Positions 1-10,857 are shown, numbered from the stretch's first letter. The stretch is DNA of 64,000 nucleotides from Candidatus Babeliales bacterium (GCA_963722255.1 CAVRJO010000001.1:832001-896000); one strand, 5' to 3'. Made by a program: numbers and translations. Notes: generated from the letters alone by a model not told the origin.

Positions 1-460
1 ACGCTGCTATAATATGCTTGACCTCTTAACAGGATTTGATTGGGAAGTTGGCAATGTTCAAGTAGAGGTTGCTTATGGATTGTGGGCTCGTGGAAGAGAG
101 CAATTAAAGCTTGCTGATTGCTTCCCTGCTGATTACGCCTTTGCAGGCGTAGGCTTTTTGCCTAACTCAAAAATACCTGCAAGTGCAAGCCTTAGTACAA
201 TCTCAGAACAGGCACCAAATGACGTCAATGCCACAACGGGCCAGCAACAGTTTGTTCCCATAACCGTACAAGATTTAGATCTCAATTCCGGTGCAGCTCG
301 AGGAGCATTATGCCATCGCGGGCACTTTACCGTTAGCTATCTTTATCAAGGTGATATAATTGAAGGTTTTATGTCTTTGGGAGGCTATATTGAAATTTCT
401 CAATATAATTCAGCGCTTTCAAATTGGGGAATTTGGGGAAAGATAGGACTTGCACTATAA
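1..460 (+). CDS. Hypothetical protein, C-terminal part (probably starts upstream of window); possible outer-membrane beta-barrel
   Basis: Frame is open from the window edge. It ends in alternating beta-strand-like segments (WGIWGKIGLAL). No family recognised. Confidence 0.5.
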   Translation, partial: RCYNMLDLLTGFDWEVGNVQVEVAYGLWARGREQLKLADCFPADYAFAGVGFLPNSKIPASASLSTISEQAPNDVNATTGQQQFVPITVQDLDLNSGAARGALCHRGHFTVSYLYQGDIIEGFMSLGGYIEISQYNSALSNWGIWGKIGLAL

Positions 461-502
461 AGAACTTTTCTAAGCATTATTATTGTTAGTTATTTTTTAA
501 AT

Positions 503-883
503 TTATTCGTTTGATTCAACATTTTGGGTTGTAGTTTCAATTTCATTAATCACAAAAGAAACTGATTCTTCACCATCAACCAACTTTAATGTCGCAGGTG
601 TTCCGACTATTACAGGTTGAGCAACCAAAGCTTCATTTTCACCTTGAACTACATAAAAATTAAATTCTACTACCAAAATGCCTTCTTCATTTTTAGCCAT
701 TTTAGTAATAACTACTTTGAAAGTTTTACCATTAAGTTCAAATGTTATTTGTGAAAGTGATTCAGATAACACAACAGAGTGAGATGCAGTTTGATTGCCA
801 ATTGTATGTATTGTTTCAAAAGCAATATCTGCTTTTGCGATTGATGAAGCCAATAAAATAATTGATAATAAGAGCTTTTTCAT
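503..883 (-). CDS. Secreted hypothetical protein
   Basis: Sec-type signal MKKLLLSIILLASSIAKA; GGAGA RBS upstream. Confidence 0.75.
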   Translation of the reverse strand: MKKLLLSIILLASSIAKADIAFETIHTIGNQTASHSVVLSESLSQITFELNGKTFKVVITKMAKNEEGILVVEFNFYVVQGENEALVAQPVIVGTPATLKLVDGEESVSFVINEIETTTQNVESNE

Positions 884-959
884 AGGTTCTCCCTAAAGTA
901 ATAAAAATAATGCTTAGAAAAGCTCATGAAAAAATTAATTGTTACATTAATTTAGCTTC

Positions 960-987
960 ACTATACTGCTTTGCAGCTTTTTGTCAA
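960..987 (-). promoter_or_regulatory. Sigma-70-type promoter for 503..883
   Basis: Minus strand TTGACA-16 bp-TATAGT. Confidence 0.6.
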
Positions 988-1130
988 TTTAATCTTTTTT
1001 AGCAAGCATAAAAAATAGTGAACCGTTTTCTAAAATTTTTCAATTATTTTTAAAAAATAATTTATATAGATAATTTTATTTTTTTCTATTAAACTTTTCT
1101 TGTATTTTACACCCTCTAAAAATCTAATGT

Positions 1131-2306
1131 ATGCTCTCAAATCAATTTAGAACTATTTCGATACATCCATTATTTATAGCCTTATGCTTTTTTAGTGCAG
1201 GAGTTTATGCACAAACAGCCTGTAGCCAACTTGCACTATCTATGATGTTGCTTGTTGCTCTTTGCATACTTTGCTTACTACAAAAAAAATTTATTTCTTT
1301 GCAAAAAATTATGTATGCTTGCGCATTCTTTGCAGGAAATTATGCTTATAATGCTCAATTAACCAATCACAATCACTTTTTTACAACCATCGATGAACAA
1401 CAGCCATATAGCTTGACCGGGGTTATTGCTTCTATCCAAGATCTTCAATTCAAACGATATTCACGTTATTGTATTCTAAAAAACGTTACCTTGTATCAAA
1501 ATAAATCTAATACAATTGTGCATGAAAACTTTTGCATGGGCTTTTATTCAAATAATCTCAATGATTTTTGCATAGATGATACAATCTCTTTACAAGGTAT
1601 CAAGTTTAAAAATCCACACGCATCATATCAACACTACCTCATTAAGGAAGGACTCATTGCTACCTCTTTTTTACAGAATGAATGCCAACCATATCTTGTA
1701 TCTCGGCCATTATTCTCATTCAAACGTTGGATTTTCAATAAAAAAAATGAACTTTTATATTCGTTAAAAAACAAAATGAACGCATCATCTTTTACATTCT
1801 TTTCTTCCCTTTTTCTTGGCAATAAAACGAATAGTTTTCATTATGAAAAATTAAAAGATCATTTTAAACGTTGGGGTTTATCACATTATCTAGCTCGTTC
1901 CGGACTCCACTTAATTTTATTTATTGCCCTCTGGCAATTTCTCTTACGATTTATACCCTTGGCATTCATTATAAAGCATCTAATCCTAAGTTGTATAGTA
2001 GTTCTATATTTCATATTTAGTTGGCCAAGCTTGCCGTTTATTCGTTCTTGTATTACGTATTTTGTATATTTTATTTATATTCTATGCAATAAGCAGATCG
2101 ATTCTTTGCATATACTTACTCTTGTCACATGGCTTATACTTCTGTCTAATCCTGTGCAGCTTTTTTCACTTGACTTTCAACTGAGCTTTGGTCTCACCTT
2201 CGCGCTAATTTGGTTTTCACGATTGCAAAGAGTGCAAACCAAAAATCGAACCACATCCCACAAAATAAATCCAATTACGAATTTAGAATTTATACAAAAG
2301 CATTGA
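1131..2306 (+). CDS. comEC: ComEC/Rec2 family competence membrane protein (no C-terminal metallo-beta-lactamase domain)
   Basis: N-terminal TM helices, OB-like soluble region, FKRWGLSHYLARSGLH motif, and NPVQLFSLDFQLSF motif. Confidence 0.85.
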   Translation: MLSNQFRTISIHPLFIALCFFSAGVYAQTACSQLALSMMLLVALCILCLLQKKFISLQKIMYACAFFAGNYAYNAQLTNHNHFFTTIDEQQPYSLTGVIASIQDLQFKRYSRYCILKNVTLYQNKSNTIVHENFCMGFYSNNLNDFCIDDTISLQGIKFKNPHASYQHYLIKEGLIATSFLQNECQPYLVSRPLFSFKRWIFNKKNELLYSLKNKMNASSFTFFSSLFLGNKTNSFHYEKLKDHFKRWGLSHYLARSGLHLILFIALWQFLLRFIPLAFIIKHLILSCIVVLYFIFSWPSLPFIRSCITYFVYFIYILCNKQIDSLHILTLVTWLILLSNPVQLFSLDFQLSFGLTFALIWFSRLQRVQTKNRTTSHKINPITNLEFIQKH

Positions 2307-2370
2307 TTTACTCATATTGAATTAAGTATTCTACAATTAAATACAAGTATTTAACAAAAAGGAGAAGTTC

Positions 2371-3795
2371 ATGCTTATCTATATTAAAAACTATTTTTAT
2401 CGCAGCACCGGGTTATTTCTTTGTATACTCATTCCGCATCTTATGATGAATAACCATTCTTCTTATTGCATTTCTGAAAAATTTATTTCAAAAATTGAAT
2501 CAGCATTACCGACGGATATTCTCAAGCTTAATAATAAAATTGTTACTGAAAAAGATTTAACTATCATATTTTATCTTGCCGGTGTAAACAATCTAGGCTA
2601 TTTTTTAAGAAAAAATCTAAATCAATTAGCAGAAAAGGGCTCCAATAAATATTACAATATAATTGTACAACTTGATGTGCTGCTTCCTGGCAATAAAAAA
2701 GTTACAAAACGTTACTTTGTTGAGAAAAACAAATTGGTTATTTTAAATCAAAATGACCCATCGACACAGAGCATGGATAGTGGCGACCCAAACAGTCTTA
2801 TTAGCCTATGCACCTATTGCGTTGAAAATTATCGAGCAAAAAACTACATGCTCGTGCTATCAAATCATGCAACTGGTATTATTGATATAGGCCAAATGAG
2901 AGCCGTAAATCCATCTCAACTGTTTACTTTTAATCCAACAACAAACATGATTGAATTAAACAGAAATTTGCCTTTCTTAGAATTTATTATGTCACCAGAA
3001 AATCAACGTGGTATATGTTTTGACGACATAACTGGCCACTATTTAACAAATAGACAACTTGATATGGCGCTCAAAACTATTTGCACCAAAATCATTAAAA
3101 ATAAGTTTGAAACCATAATATTTGATGCATGTCTGCAACAAATGTATGAAATTGGGGCTTTACTCAAACCCTATGCAAAAATCATGCTTGGATCACAAGA
3201 GGTAATTTTAGCGCCAGGCCTAGATTATGAAGATGTACTGACTCCTTTTGAAAACAAGAAAATAGATACAGCCATCTTTGCAAAACATGTTGTTGCTTCA
3301 TATGAAAATACCTACAAAAAAATAACGCATGACTACACTTTTTCAGCGGTTGACTTGTCATTGATGCAATTTTTAGAAAACAACGTAAATGCAACAGCAG
3401 CATTGTTGACTGAGGGAATTAAGCACCGACAAAACAATTTTATCAAAGAAGCAATTAAAACAAGCAGACATAAATTATTATGCACACATTTTGAAGAACC
3501 AAGCTATATTGATCTACACCATTTTTACACAAATTTATTAAACAATCTTTCTCGCTTTAATTTCCAATCAAATCAACACGATGAATACCTTAAATCATTA
3601 ATCAACAAAATTAACCACCACCTTAAAGATGGATTAGCAATCATCAAAAAGGTAGTCTTTGCAAATGTTGCAGGAAAGAATATTAGTCAAGCAAAGGGCT
3701 TGTCAATCTACTTCCCTGAATATGGTCAAAAACATCCCTCATATGGCTATAACCATCAATGGAGTCAATTCTTAGATTATTACTTACACTCGTAA
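2371..3795 (+). CDS. Clostripain-family (C11) cysteine peptidase
   Basis: FYLAGVNNL, SMDSGDP, LSNHATG (catalytic His), FDACL (catalytic Cys), GLSIYFP; hydrophobic N-terminus. Confidence 0.85.
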   Translation: MLIYIKNYFYRSTGLFLCILIPHLMMNNHSSYCISEKFISKIESALPTDILKLNNKIVTEKDLTIIFYLAGVNNLGYFLRKNLNQLAEKGSNKYYNIIVQLDVLLPGNKKVTKRYFVEKNKLVILNQNDPSTQSMDSGDPNSLISLCTYCVENYRAKNYMLVLSNHATGIIDIGQMRAVNPSQLFTFNPTTNMIELNRNLPFLEFIMSPENQRGICFDDITGHYLTNRQLDMALKTICTKIIKNKFETIIFDACLQQMYEIGALLKPYAKIMLGSQEVILAPGLDYEDVLTPFENKKIDTAIFAKHVVASYENTYKKITHDYTFSAVDLSLMQFLENNVNATAALLTEGIKHRQNNFIKEAIKTSRHKLLCTHFEEPSYIDLHHFYTNLLNNLSRFNFQSNQHDEYLKSLINKINHHLKDGLAIIKKVVFANVAGKNISQAKGLSIYFPEYGQKHPSYGYNHQWSQFLDYYLHS

Positions 3796-3803
3796 AAAAA
3801 GCG

Positions 3804-3842
3804 TTGTCAGTGAGTTCAATTATTATTTGAACTCACTGACAA
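3804..3842. terminator. Bidirectional intrinsic terminator
   Basis: Perfect 16-bp inverted repeat TTGTCAGTGAGTTCAA/TTGAACTCACTGACAA with 7-nt loop, between convergent genes. Confidence 0.8.
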
Positions 3843-3859
3843 TTTTCTAAAAAATTATT

Positions 3860-4213
3860 TTAGTCTTTCTTTTCCTTAGCCTTCTTGTTCGCTTGGTACA
3901 GCTGCACAGTTATAGCTGCAACCCCAGCGCAGAAAGCGGCACCGACAGGAGCGACTAGAGTCCCAACAACGAACATATCCGGTCTTTCTAAAGGAAATTG
4001 ATTAAATAGTATGCAACAAGAACCTAAGCAAACAGCACCTGATATAGCAGCTTCGCAACAACTATGTTCATCATACTCTATTTGATTAGAGGGCATTTTT
4101 TTATGTTCTTTGCACATCTCTTTCTTTTCGCAACGTTCCATTGATGATATTTCAAAACTGGTGCACAACAAAATAGGCAAAAACAACAGACTTAAAAATC
4201 TTCTTTTTTTCAT
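3860..4213 (-). CDS. Secreted/membrane hypothetical protein (Cys-rich, two hydrophobic segments)
   Basis: Signal peptide then MER; AAGGAG RBS; C-terminal hydrophobic hairpin. Confidence 0.7.
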   Translation of the reverse strand: MKKRRFLSLLFLPILLCTSFEISSMERCEKKEMCKEHKKMPSNQIEYDEHSCCEAAISGAVCLGSCCILFNQFPLERPDMFVVGTLVAPVGAAFCAGVAAITVQLYQANKKAKEKKD

Positions 4214-4350
4214 ACAAGCTCCTTAAAAAATGGCGTAGAATAAAGAAATTAATATTTTTTCAATTGTATATTAAACTAACAACAAGCAGTTTATTCTAAC
4301 TTTTGCAACAACAAAATACAATCAAAAAATCTCTATTTGGAAAGGCACAT

Positions 4351-4929
4351 ATGACTCATAAAACAAACTCCGATCTACTTCATGAACTGTACAGCAAATT
4401 CCCAAACTGCCAGTCAATACCAATCGATACCCAGGGGGCCACGAGAGTTGTCTATGGCCAAGGAAATCCTAATGCGGAACTTATGATCATCGGTGAAGCA
4501 CCAGGTCAAAAAGAAGATGAGCTTGGCAAACCTTTTGTAGGAAGATCAGGAGAACTGCTTACTAATACCTTGCAAGCACTTGGCATAAAAAGAGAGGATA
4601 TTTTTATAACAAATGTTGTTAAGTGCCGTCCCCCTAATAATAGAACCCCAACACAAGAAGAGGTTGATCTTTATAAAAAATATTTTTTAATACCTGAAAT
4701 TAAAATAATCAGGCCAAAAATAATTATAACCGTAGGAAACATAGCATTCAAAGCGATTCTTTCTGATACTGGATTAACAATTTCAAAAGCCCGTGGTCAA
4801 TTGTTCCAACGCGGCAATTTTCTCATTATACCCACCTTCCATCCTGCGTATATATTAAGAAACCCTTATGAATTAAACAATTTTAAGGCTGATCTCGCTT
4901 TGGGCGCCTCATTTTTAAAAAAGGAATAA
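4351..4929 (+). CDS. udg: Uracil-DNA glycosylase family 4
   Basis: IGEAPG, PFVGRSG, TNVVKCRPPNNR, PTFHPAY motifs. ATG at 4351 has a GAAAGG RBS (ORF track starts at 4303). Confidence 0.92.
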   Translation: MTHKTNSDLLHELYSKFPNCQSIPIDTQGATRVVYGQGNPNAELMIIGEAPGQKEDELGKPFVGRSGELLTNTLQALGIKREDIFITNVVKCRPPNNRTPTQEEVDLYKKYFLIPEIKIIRPKIIITVGNIAFKAILSDTGLTISKARGQLFQRGNFLIIPTFHPAYILRNPYELNNFKADLALGASFLKKE

Positions 4930-4957
4930 TAAAAAAAATTAAAAGTGCACATAGAAA

Positions 4958-5238
4958 TTGTGGATAACTATGTGGATAACTATGTGGATAACCTGTGGAT
5001 AACTTTGGACATATCTGTCATTGTTTGCTGCAGAAGGCGACTTCAAAGCCCATGCTATTTAAATTACCACATAGAAGATGATATTGAACCATATGGGGCA
5101 AGTTATCCACAAGTTATCCACATAGTTATCCACAAAAAAAATTGGCAAATAATGCTGTATTCTAAAGGCTTTTTGCAAAAGTTATCCACAAAAATGCGTT
5201 TGCCTATTATTATTAATAATATATATATATATAAATAA
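4958..5238. promoter_or_regulatory. oriC: Chromosomal replication origin (oriC)
   Basis: TGTGGATAA at 4959, 4971, 4983, 4994; TTATCCACA at 5103, 5114, 5126, 5182; NTA repeats at 5204-5221; AT-only tract to about 5238. Confidence 0.9.
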
Positions 5239-5371
5239 TGGTAATACGAGGTGGTGTTTTGAGATGTATGCGGTAAATTTTAAAATCTTACGCATTGCTT
5301 CTCTTTTTTTTATTTTTTGGTACACTTTAAACTAATCCCTACAATTTATATGATTTAATACAGAGGATATC

Positions 5372-6448
5372 GTGAAACTTTCTCAAGTTATAGAAGAACT
5401 CGTCGAAGAAAAAGGTCTGGAACGTACTATTCTTAGTACTATCATTTGTGAAGGCATGTTGGCTGCTTATGAAAAACGGTATCCAGGATTAGTCTTTAAG
5501 GTTGACTATGACAAAAAATCTGACGAAATTGAAATCAAGGCTCAAAAAGATGTTGTTGCCGCTGTTGAAGATGAAGAGACAGAAATAAGCTTACGAAAAG
5601 CTCGCAATATTAATCCTGAAGCGGCGGTTGGAGATCGTATTTGGGTGCCATTTGAGGGCCGCATCGGACGTATCGAAATTTTAAGAGCAAAGCAAGTTAT
5701 AGCAAACAAAATACGCCTTATTGAATCCACTATCATTTACGATCAGTTTAAAGATAAGCAGGGGTCAATTGTTCATGGTGTTATTCATAAATGTGAATAT
5801 GGTGGCGCTACAATTAAAATTGAAGAAACCCTCGCTTTCTTACCTAAATCTCTAAGTATTCCCGGAGATAAATGCACTGTAGGTTTTCCAATTAGGGCAA
5901 TTCTTAAGGAAGTTTTGGCCGAACCTAGAAACGATAATCAACTGATTTTGGATAGAACTAGTCCATTGTTTGTTGAAAAGCTTTTTGAATTGGAGATTCC
6001 TGAAGTCTTTGAAAAGCTTGTAGAAATAAAAAAAGTAGTTCGCATTCCAGGTTATAAATCTAAAGTAATTGTTGTTTCGCATGATAAGAATATTGATCCT
6101 GTTGGAACATGTGTTGGAATCGGCGGAGTTAGAATAAAACCTATTTTAAAAGAACTTGTTGCGGAGAAAGTCGACATTATTGCTTCGCGTGATTCATTAG
6201 AGCTTCTTATAAAAGATGCATTGAAACCCGCTGTTGTCAATCGTGTTGAGCTTGTTGACAGTAAAAATGCTCATGTCTGGCTTGATGAAGATCAAAGATC
6301 ATTGGCAATTGGAAAGGGTGGACAGAATATCCTTTTAGCCTCCCAATTGGTTGAACTGAATATTCATCTTGTGAACAGCGAGCCTCAAAATAGATCGAGT
6401 AATGAAGATAAAGAAATAATGCTAGAAAAAACTTTTGAAGAAAATTAA
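5372..6448 (+). CDS. nusA: Transcription termination/antitermination factor NusA
   Basis: GRIEILRAKQVI, S1 domain, LFELEIPE, DPVGTCVG, LAIGKGGQN; GAGG RBS before GTG. Confidence 0.97.
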   Translation: MKLSQVIEELVEEKGLERTILSTIICEGMLAAYEKRYPGLVFKVDYDKKSDEIEIKAQKDVVAAVEDEETEISLRKARNINPEAAVGDRIWVPFEGRIGRIEILRAKQVIANKIRLIESTIIYDQFKDKQGSIVHGVIHKCEYGGATIKIEETLAFLPKSLSIPGDKCTVGFPIRAILKEVLAEPRNDNQLILDRTSPLFVEKLFELEIPEVFEKLVEIKKVVRIPGYKSKVIVVSHDKNIDPVGTCVGIGGVRIKPILKELVAEKVDIIASRDSLELLIKDALKPAVVNRVELVDSKNAHVWLDEDQRSLAIGKGGQNILLASQLVELNIHLVNSEPQNRSSNEDKEIMLEKTFEEN

Positions 6449-6523
6449 CAATTAGGGCATATAAGTGATTTAATTTGCTGAAATAAAAAATAATTAATCC
6501 GATAGTGAGATAATGTAAAGACT

Positions 6524-8524
6524 ATGCGTATATACGAATATTCAAAAAAAAATAATGTTTCCAACAAAGAGCTTCTTGATTTATTAAAAGAACAGAGTTT
6601 CGATGTTGTTACGCATATGTCGGCGCTATCAGATGAAGCAATAGCTTTCCTTGATAGCCATTATGCTCAAAAATCTACTCCTTTAACTCCTTCATCGCAA
6701 CAAAAAGAAAAAAACGTGTCGACCATACAAGAAAAACCAAAGTTTGTAGAAAAGAGCGCAAAGCCTGTATCTGATTCTATGCCCCATGAAACACCTATGC
6801 AAAAACCTCCAGCAGAAGAAGAATTTGTTTTAGCACCAATGACGGTAAGTCAATTTGCACAAAAAATTAAAAAACCGGTTAATGATGTTATGCTGACCCT
6901 GCTAAAACAGGGTTTTGTATCTTCAAAAAATCAATTATTGCCCATTAAAATGGTCGAGCAACTAGCTCGTCATTATCAAATTACTATTTCGACCCAACAG
7001 GCAAAAAAAGAAGTAGAGTCTGCTCATGAGGTTGAACAAAAAATTGTATTAGATGCAGAGCACCAGCGACTTCCTATTGTTGTGGTTATTGGGCATGTTG
7101 ATCATGGAAAAACAACGTTGCTTGATTTTATACGTAATACTCGCGTTGCTGCACGAGAACATGGTGGTATTACGCAACATCTAGGCGCCTACGAGGTTAA
7201 AACTCCTCATGGTGGGATTGTCTTTTTAGATACTCCTGGCCATGCAGCATTCATAAAAATGCGAGCTCGTGGAGTAAAGGTTGCCGATATTGCTATTCTT
7301 GTTGTTGCTGCTGATGATGGAGTTATGCCCCAAACTGTTGAGGCTATTAAGCATACAAAAAATTTAAAAGTTCCTATCATTGTTGCTATTAATAAAATTG
7401 ATAAAGCAACGCCTATTCAAATTGAAACAGTTAAGCGTCAACTTACCAACTATGATTTATTGCCAGAAGAATGGGGTGGCCAAACAATTTGTGTTCCTAT
7501 CTCTGCAAAAACAGGAGTTGGCATTGATCAATTATTAGAAATGATCCAATTGCAGGCTGAAGTTATGGAATTGCGTGCTGATGCGACAAAGCCCGGTAAA
7601 GGTTTTGTTCTTGAAGCTCGGATGGAAAAGGGTCGCGGTGCGGTAGCTACTGTTATTGCTCAAGAGGGGACGATTAAAATTTCCGATTATTTTAGAGTTG
7701 GTTCAACGTTTGGCAAAGTGAACTCCTTAGTCGATTCAACTGGAAAAAGTTTGAAAAGTGTAGGCCCTTCAATTCCGGTACTTATTGCAGGATTTGATCT
7801 TTTGCCTGAAGCCGGTGATTTTTTTGAAGTGATACCCCAAGATCAGTATCAAATAGCAAGATCTTCTCGTGAGGCTATCAAAGAAGAGCCGAAGCATTTT
7901 GCTACAGAAGGTGCACTTAATCTTCTTGTTAAGGCTGATACTAAATCTAGCAGTGAAGCGCTTGTTCAATCTATTGAACAGCTAAATGAAAAAAGCGTTA
8001 AGAAGTTTCAGGTTGTTTATACAGGCATTGGTGATATTAGAGAAAGTGATGTGGAGCTTGCGCATACCACTGATTCGATAATTTATGGTTTTAATGTAAA
8101 ATTTGAATTAAAGGCTGCAGCTCTTGCCCAAAAGCTTAATGTGCAAATTAGAACTTTCCAAATTATTTATAAAATGCTTGATGATATTGAGCTTTTGGCT
8201 AAAGAAAATGAACCTGTTAAATATGTTTCTACAAAAATTGGCGAGGCAGTAGTTCGTAAGATTTTTGAAATAAAAAACCTTGGTACCATCGCTGGTTGTT
8301 ATGTAAAAGAAGGAAGACTTTCTCGCAATGGCCGAGTTATCATTATGCGTGGTAAGAACAAAGTTGGAGAAGGTTCGATTAAAAGCTTGGAGCGTGATAA
8401 AAAATCGGTGAAAGAAGTTCATGCAGGATTTGAATGTGCGTTTTTGGTTGAAGGTTTTAATGAGTGGAAAATCGATGATCGCGTTGAATGCATTATTGAG
8501 CTTCCTGCAAAAGCAAATAATTAA
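6524..8524 (+). CDS. infB: Translation initiation factor IF-2
   Basis: [27 protein letters not shown] GTPase motifs. Confidence 0.98.
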   Translation: MRIYEYSKKNNVSNKELLDLLKEQSFDVVTHMSALSDEAIAFLDSHYAQKSTPLTPSSQQKEKNVSTIQEKPKFVEKSAKPVSDSMPHETPMQKPPAEEEFVLAPMTVSQFAQKIKKPVNDVMLTLLKQGFVSSKNQLLPIKMVEQLARHYQITISTQQAKKEVESAHEVEQKIVLDAEHQRLPIVVVIGHVDHGKTTLLDFIRNTRVAAREHGGITQHLGAYEVKTPHGGIVFLDTPGHAAFIKMRARGVKVADIAILVVAADDGVMPQTVEAIKHTKNLKVPIIVAINKIDKATPIQIETVKRQLTNYDLLPEEWGGQTICVPISAKTGVGIDQLLEMIQLQAEVMELRADATKPGKGFVLEARMEKGRGAVATVIAQEGTIKISDYFRVGSTFGKVNSLVDSTGKSLKSVGPSIPVLIAGFDLLPEAGDFFEVIPQDQYQIARSSREAIKEEPKHFATEGALNLLVKADTKSSSEALVQSIEQLNEKSVKKFQVVYTGIGDIRESDVELAHTTDSIIYGFNVKFELKAAALAQKLNVQIRTFQIIYKMLDDIELLAKENEPVKYVSTKIGEAVVRKIFEIKNLGTIAGCYVKEGRLSRNGRVIIMRGKNKVGEGSIKSLERDKKSVKEVHAGFECAFLVEGFNEWKIDDRVECIIELPAKANN

Positions 8525-8617
8525 AATATAGATCAATTTCTTGATAAATTTTGCTTAGCTTTTTATTATACGTTTATTCAAGGGCATGGCTTTTTGCTGG
8601 CAAGAGGGGAGTTGTTT

Positions 8618-9634
8618 ATGAGTAGTATTATAATTTTGAAGCTTTTATTCTCAGTAATATTTTCATTTTTGGTCACTTTTTATTTAGTTCCCATGTTTGT
8701 TATTTTTGCTTATCGTTTGAATGTTTTGGATGTTCCCGATGGTAAAATAAAAAAACATGCTCAAGTTACCCCTTATTTGGGGGGTGCGGCAGTTTTTGTT
8801 GGGTTTTTGATGTCACTTGCACTTGTATTTCCCTTTGAAAACAAAATTTTACTTTTTATTGTTGGTTCAACCTTGTTGCTGTTTGTAGGGCTTATTGATG
8901 ATATCCTGAGGATCAAGCCATATCAAAAGTTTTTTGGACAAGCTGTTGCTGCCTTATGTTTTTTAAAAGCAGGATTCCATTTAAAAGAGCTGTTTTTTTT
9001 ATCAAATTATTGGAACATTCCCATATCATTTCTTTGGATGATGACCATTATTAATGCCTATAATTTAGTCGATGTTATGGATGGTCTTGCAACAACTCTT
9101 GCATCTTGTGCTGCATTATCATTTATTGTTGTCGCTCTTTGTTTTGGTCAGATTCATATTGCTCTCCTTTTAGGTGCTTTGTTGGGTTCCTTGCTTGCTT
9201 TTCTATGGTATAACAAACCTCCAGCAAAAATATATTTGGGAGACGCCGGGTCTTTATTTATTGGTGGTATATTGGCTACAGTACCATTCTTATTTAACTG
9301 GAGTTTGCATAATTGGTATGGATTTTTAACGCCACTCATAATTTTGGCTATTCCTTTGCTTGAAGTTTCATTTTTAATTATTATACGATTATACAAAGGA
9401 ATTCCTTTTTACCAGGGAAGCCCGGATCATTTTTGTTTATACCTGAAGGCAAATGGTTGGTCAGTCTGGGAAATTTTAATGTATGTCATGATTATGTCTA
9501 AACTCTTATTAGTTGTTTCATTGTTATTTTCTTCCGGATATATTAATCTATTTCAGTGTATTGTCTTTGCGTTTCTTTTTCTTTTTTGCTGGACAACTCT
9601 CTTGGTGCGAAAAAAAAGGGTTGCTTTTTTTTAA
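8618..9634 (+). CDS. MraY/WecA/TagO-family undecaprenyl-phosphate GlcNAc-1-phosphate transferase
   Basis: KKH..TPYLGG, GLIDD, NAYNLVDVMDGLA, PPAKIYLGDAGS; many TM helices; GAGGGGAG RBS before ATG 8618. Confidence 0.9.
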   Translation: MSSIIILKLLFSVIFSFLVTFYLVPMFVIFAYRLNVLDVPDGKIKKHAQVTPYLGGAAVFVGFLMSLALVFPFENKILLFIVGSTLLLFVGLIDDILRIKPYQKFFGQAVAALCFLKAGFHLKELFFLSNYWNIPISFLWMMTIINAYNLVDVMDGLATTLASCAALSFIVVALCFGQIHIALLLGALLGSLLAFLWYNKPPAKIYLGDAGSLFIGGILATVPFLFNWSLHNWYGFLTPLIILAIPLLEVSFLIIIRLYKGIPFYQGSPDHFCLYLKANGWSVWEILMYVMIMSKLLLVVSLLFSSGYINLFQCIVFAFLFLFCWTTLLVRKKRVAFF

Positions 9635-9969
9635 GTTGTAGAGCGCTTTGAGATTGTTGTTTTTTTACAAAATTCGAATTTTTGAAATATTAATATCTCA
9701 ATAGGCGGCATTAATAGGTTGTTTTTTGTTGTTGCTTTTCTTGTAATGTACCATTCGTTGTTTTTTATTTTTTTTTAATCAAAACTATAAACGCTTCATG
9801 TTTAATTTGGTATTAAACTCCATATCTGCCTTCTGTGATAGTTTGGTTTTAAGGTAATATGAGTTGAGGCACTGCTTTTTGAGAGTAATAGCTCATTAAT
9901 TACATAAATTATGTGCTACAATTCCTTCTTAGCTTATTTAGGTTTTTGAGCTATTATCTCTCTTCTTTA

Positions 9970-10857
9970 TCAAACATCCAAGAGAAGTTTTGTTTCTGCA
10001 GATACGAGATTTTTTAAAACAGCCATGTTTTTTAAATCGTCACTGAGATCTGTTGCCGATTTAGGCGTCTCAAGTATTTTAGGTATATCAAGAAATTTCT
10101 CGTCGTTCATAAGCAAGCGGAAAGCTTCAAGACCCATTGCGCCTTGACCTATATGTGCATGGCGATCTACTCGAGAGCCAAGCGCCTTAGCTGAATCGTT
10201 GCAATGAAAAGCTTTTAAACGTTGCAGTCCAATGAGATCATCAAAATGATGCCACAGAGCAGTGTACTGTTGTTGGGTGCTAAAAGCATATCCTGCAGCA
10301 AATCCATGACATGTATCAAAACAAACCCCTATTCTTTCTTGTGGCGTGACGTTATTGGCTATTGCGGCTAATTGCTCAAAGGTCGATCCTAAGCTTGAAC
10401 CTTGCCCTGCTGTATTTTCTAAAAGAATCATGGTGTTGCCTGTATCCAGTTTAAGAACCTCAGTTAGGGCTTGTCCGGCATTATCCAAACCTTCTTCAAG
10501 AGATGTGTGTGTAAAAGCGCCTGGATGAAGAACAAGGAATGGTATGCCGAGCATGTGACATCGAGTAAGTTCTTCTTTAAGCGCAAGAATCGATTTGCGT
10601 CTTAATTCTTCATCAGATGTGCCTATATTAATAAGATAACTTGCATGCGAAATTATGAGCTGGCACGATGAGTGGTTTAGGGTATTTTTAAACAATTGGG
10701 CTTGTTCAGGAGTGATTGGCTTTGAGGCCCATTGTCGACTACTTTTTGTGAAGATTTGAAGAGCTGTGCAACCGATTTCTTCGCCTTTAATGATGGCTTG
10801 TTCAAATCCGCCGGAAATTGATAAATGAGCCCCAAGTAAGAGTTTCTTTTTTGTCAT
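9970..10857 (-). CDS. nfo: Endonuclease IV (AP endonuclease)
   Basis: GAHLSISGG, HASYLIN, LHPG, ENTAGQG, FDTCH, HCNDS, DRHAHIG, ILETP. Confidence 0.97.
   Translation of the reverse strand: MTKKKLLLGAHLSISGGFEQAIIKGEEIGCTALQIFTKSSRQWASKPITPEQAQLFKNTLNHSSCQLIISHASYLINIGTSDEELRRKSILALKEELTRCHMLGIPFLVLHPGAFTHTSLEEGLDNAGQALTEVLKLDTGNTMILLENTAGQGSSLGSTFEQLAAIANNVTPQERIGVCFDTCHGFAAGYAFSTQQQYTALWHHFDDLIGLQRLKAFHCNDSAKALGSRVDRHAHIGQGAMGLEAFRLLMNDEKFLDIPKILETPKSATDLSDDLKNMAVLKNLVSAETKLLLDV

Noticed and set aside
4959..5134. Tandem 11-12 bp repeats as a CRISPR array or transposon ends
   Set aside because: No spacers, no cas or transposase genes; units are exact DnaA-box consensus.
4945..5238. 97-aa ORF with VDNYVDNYVDN and VIHIVIH repeats
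   Set aside because: The peptide repeats are just translated DnaA boxes; the region is the origin.
9635..9965. Possible gene or RNA between the WecA-like gene and nfo
   Set aside because: Only short interrupted minus-strand frames; no recognisable product or structure.
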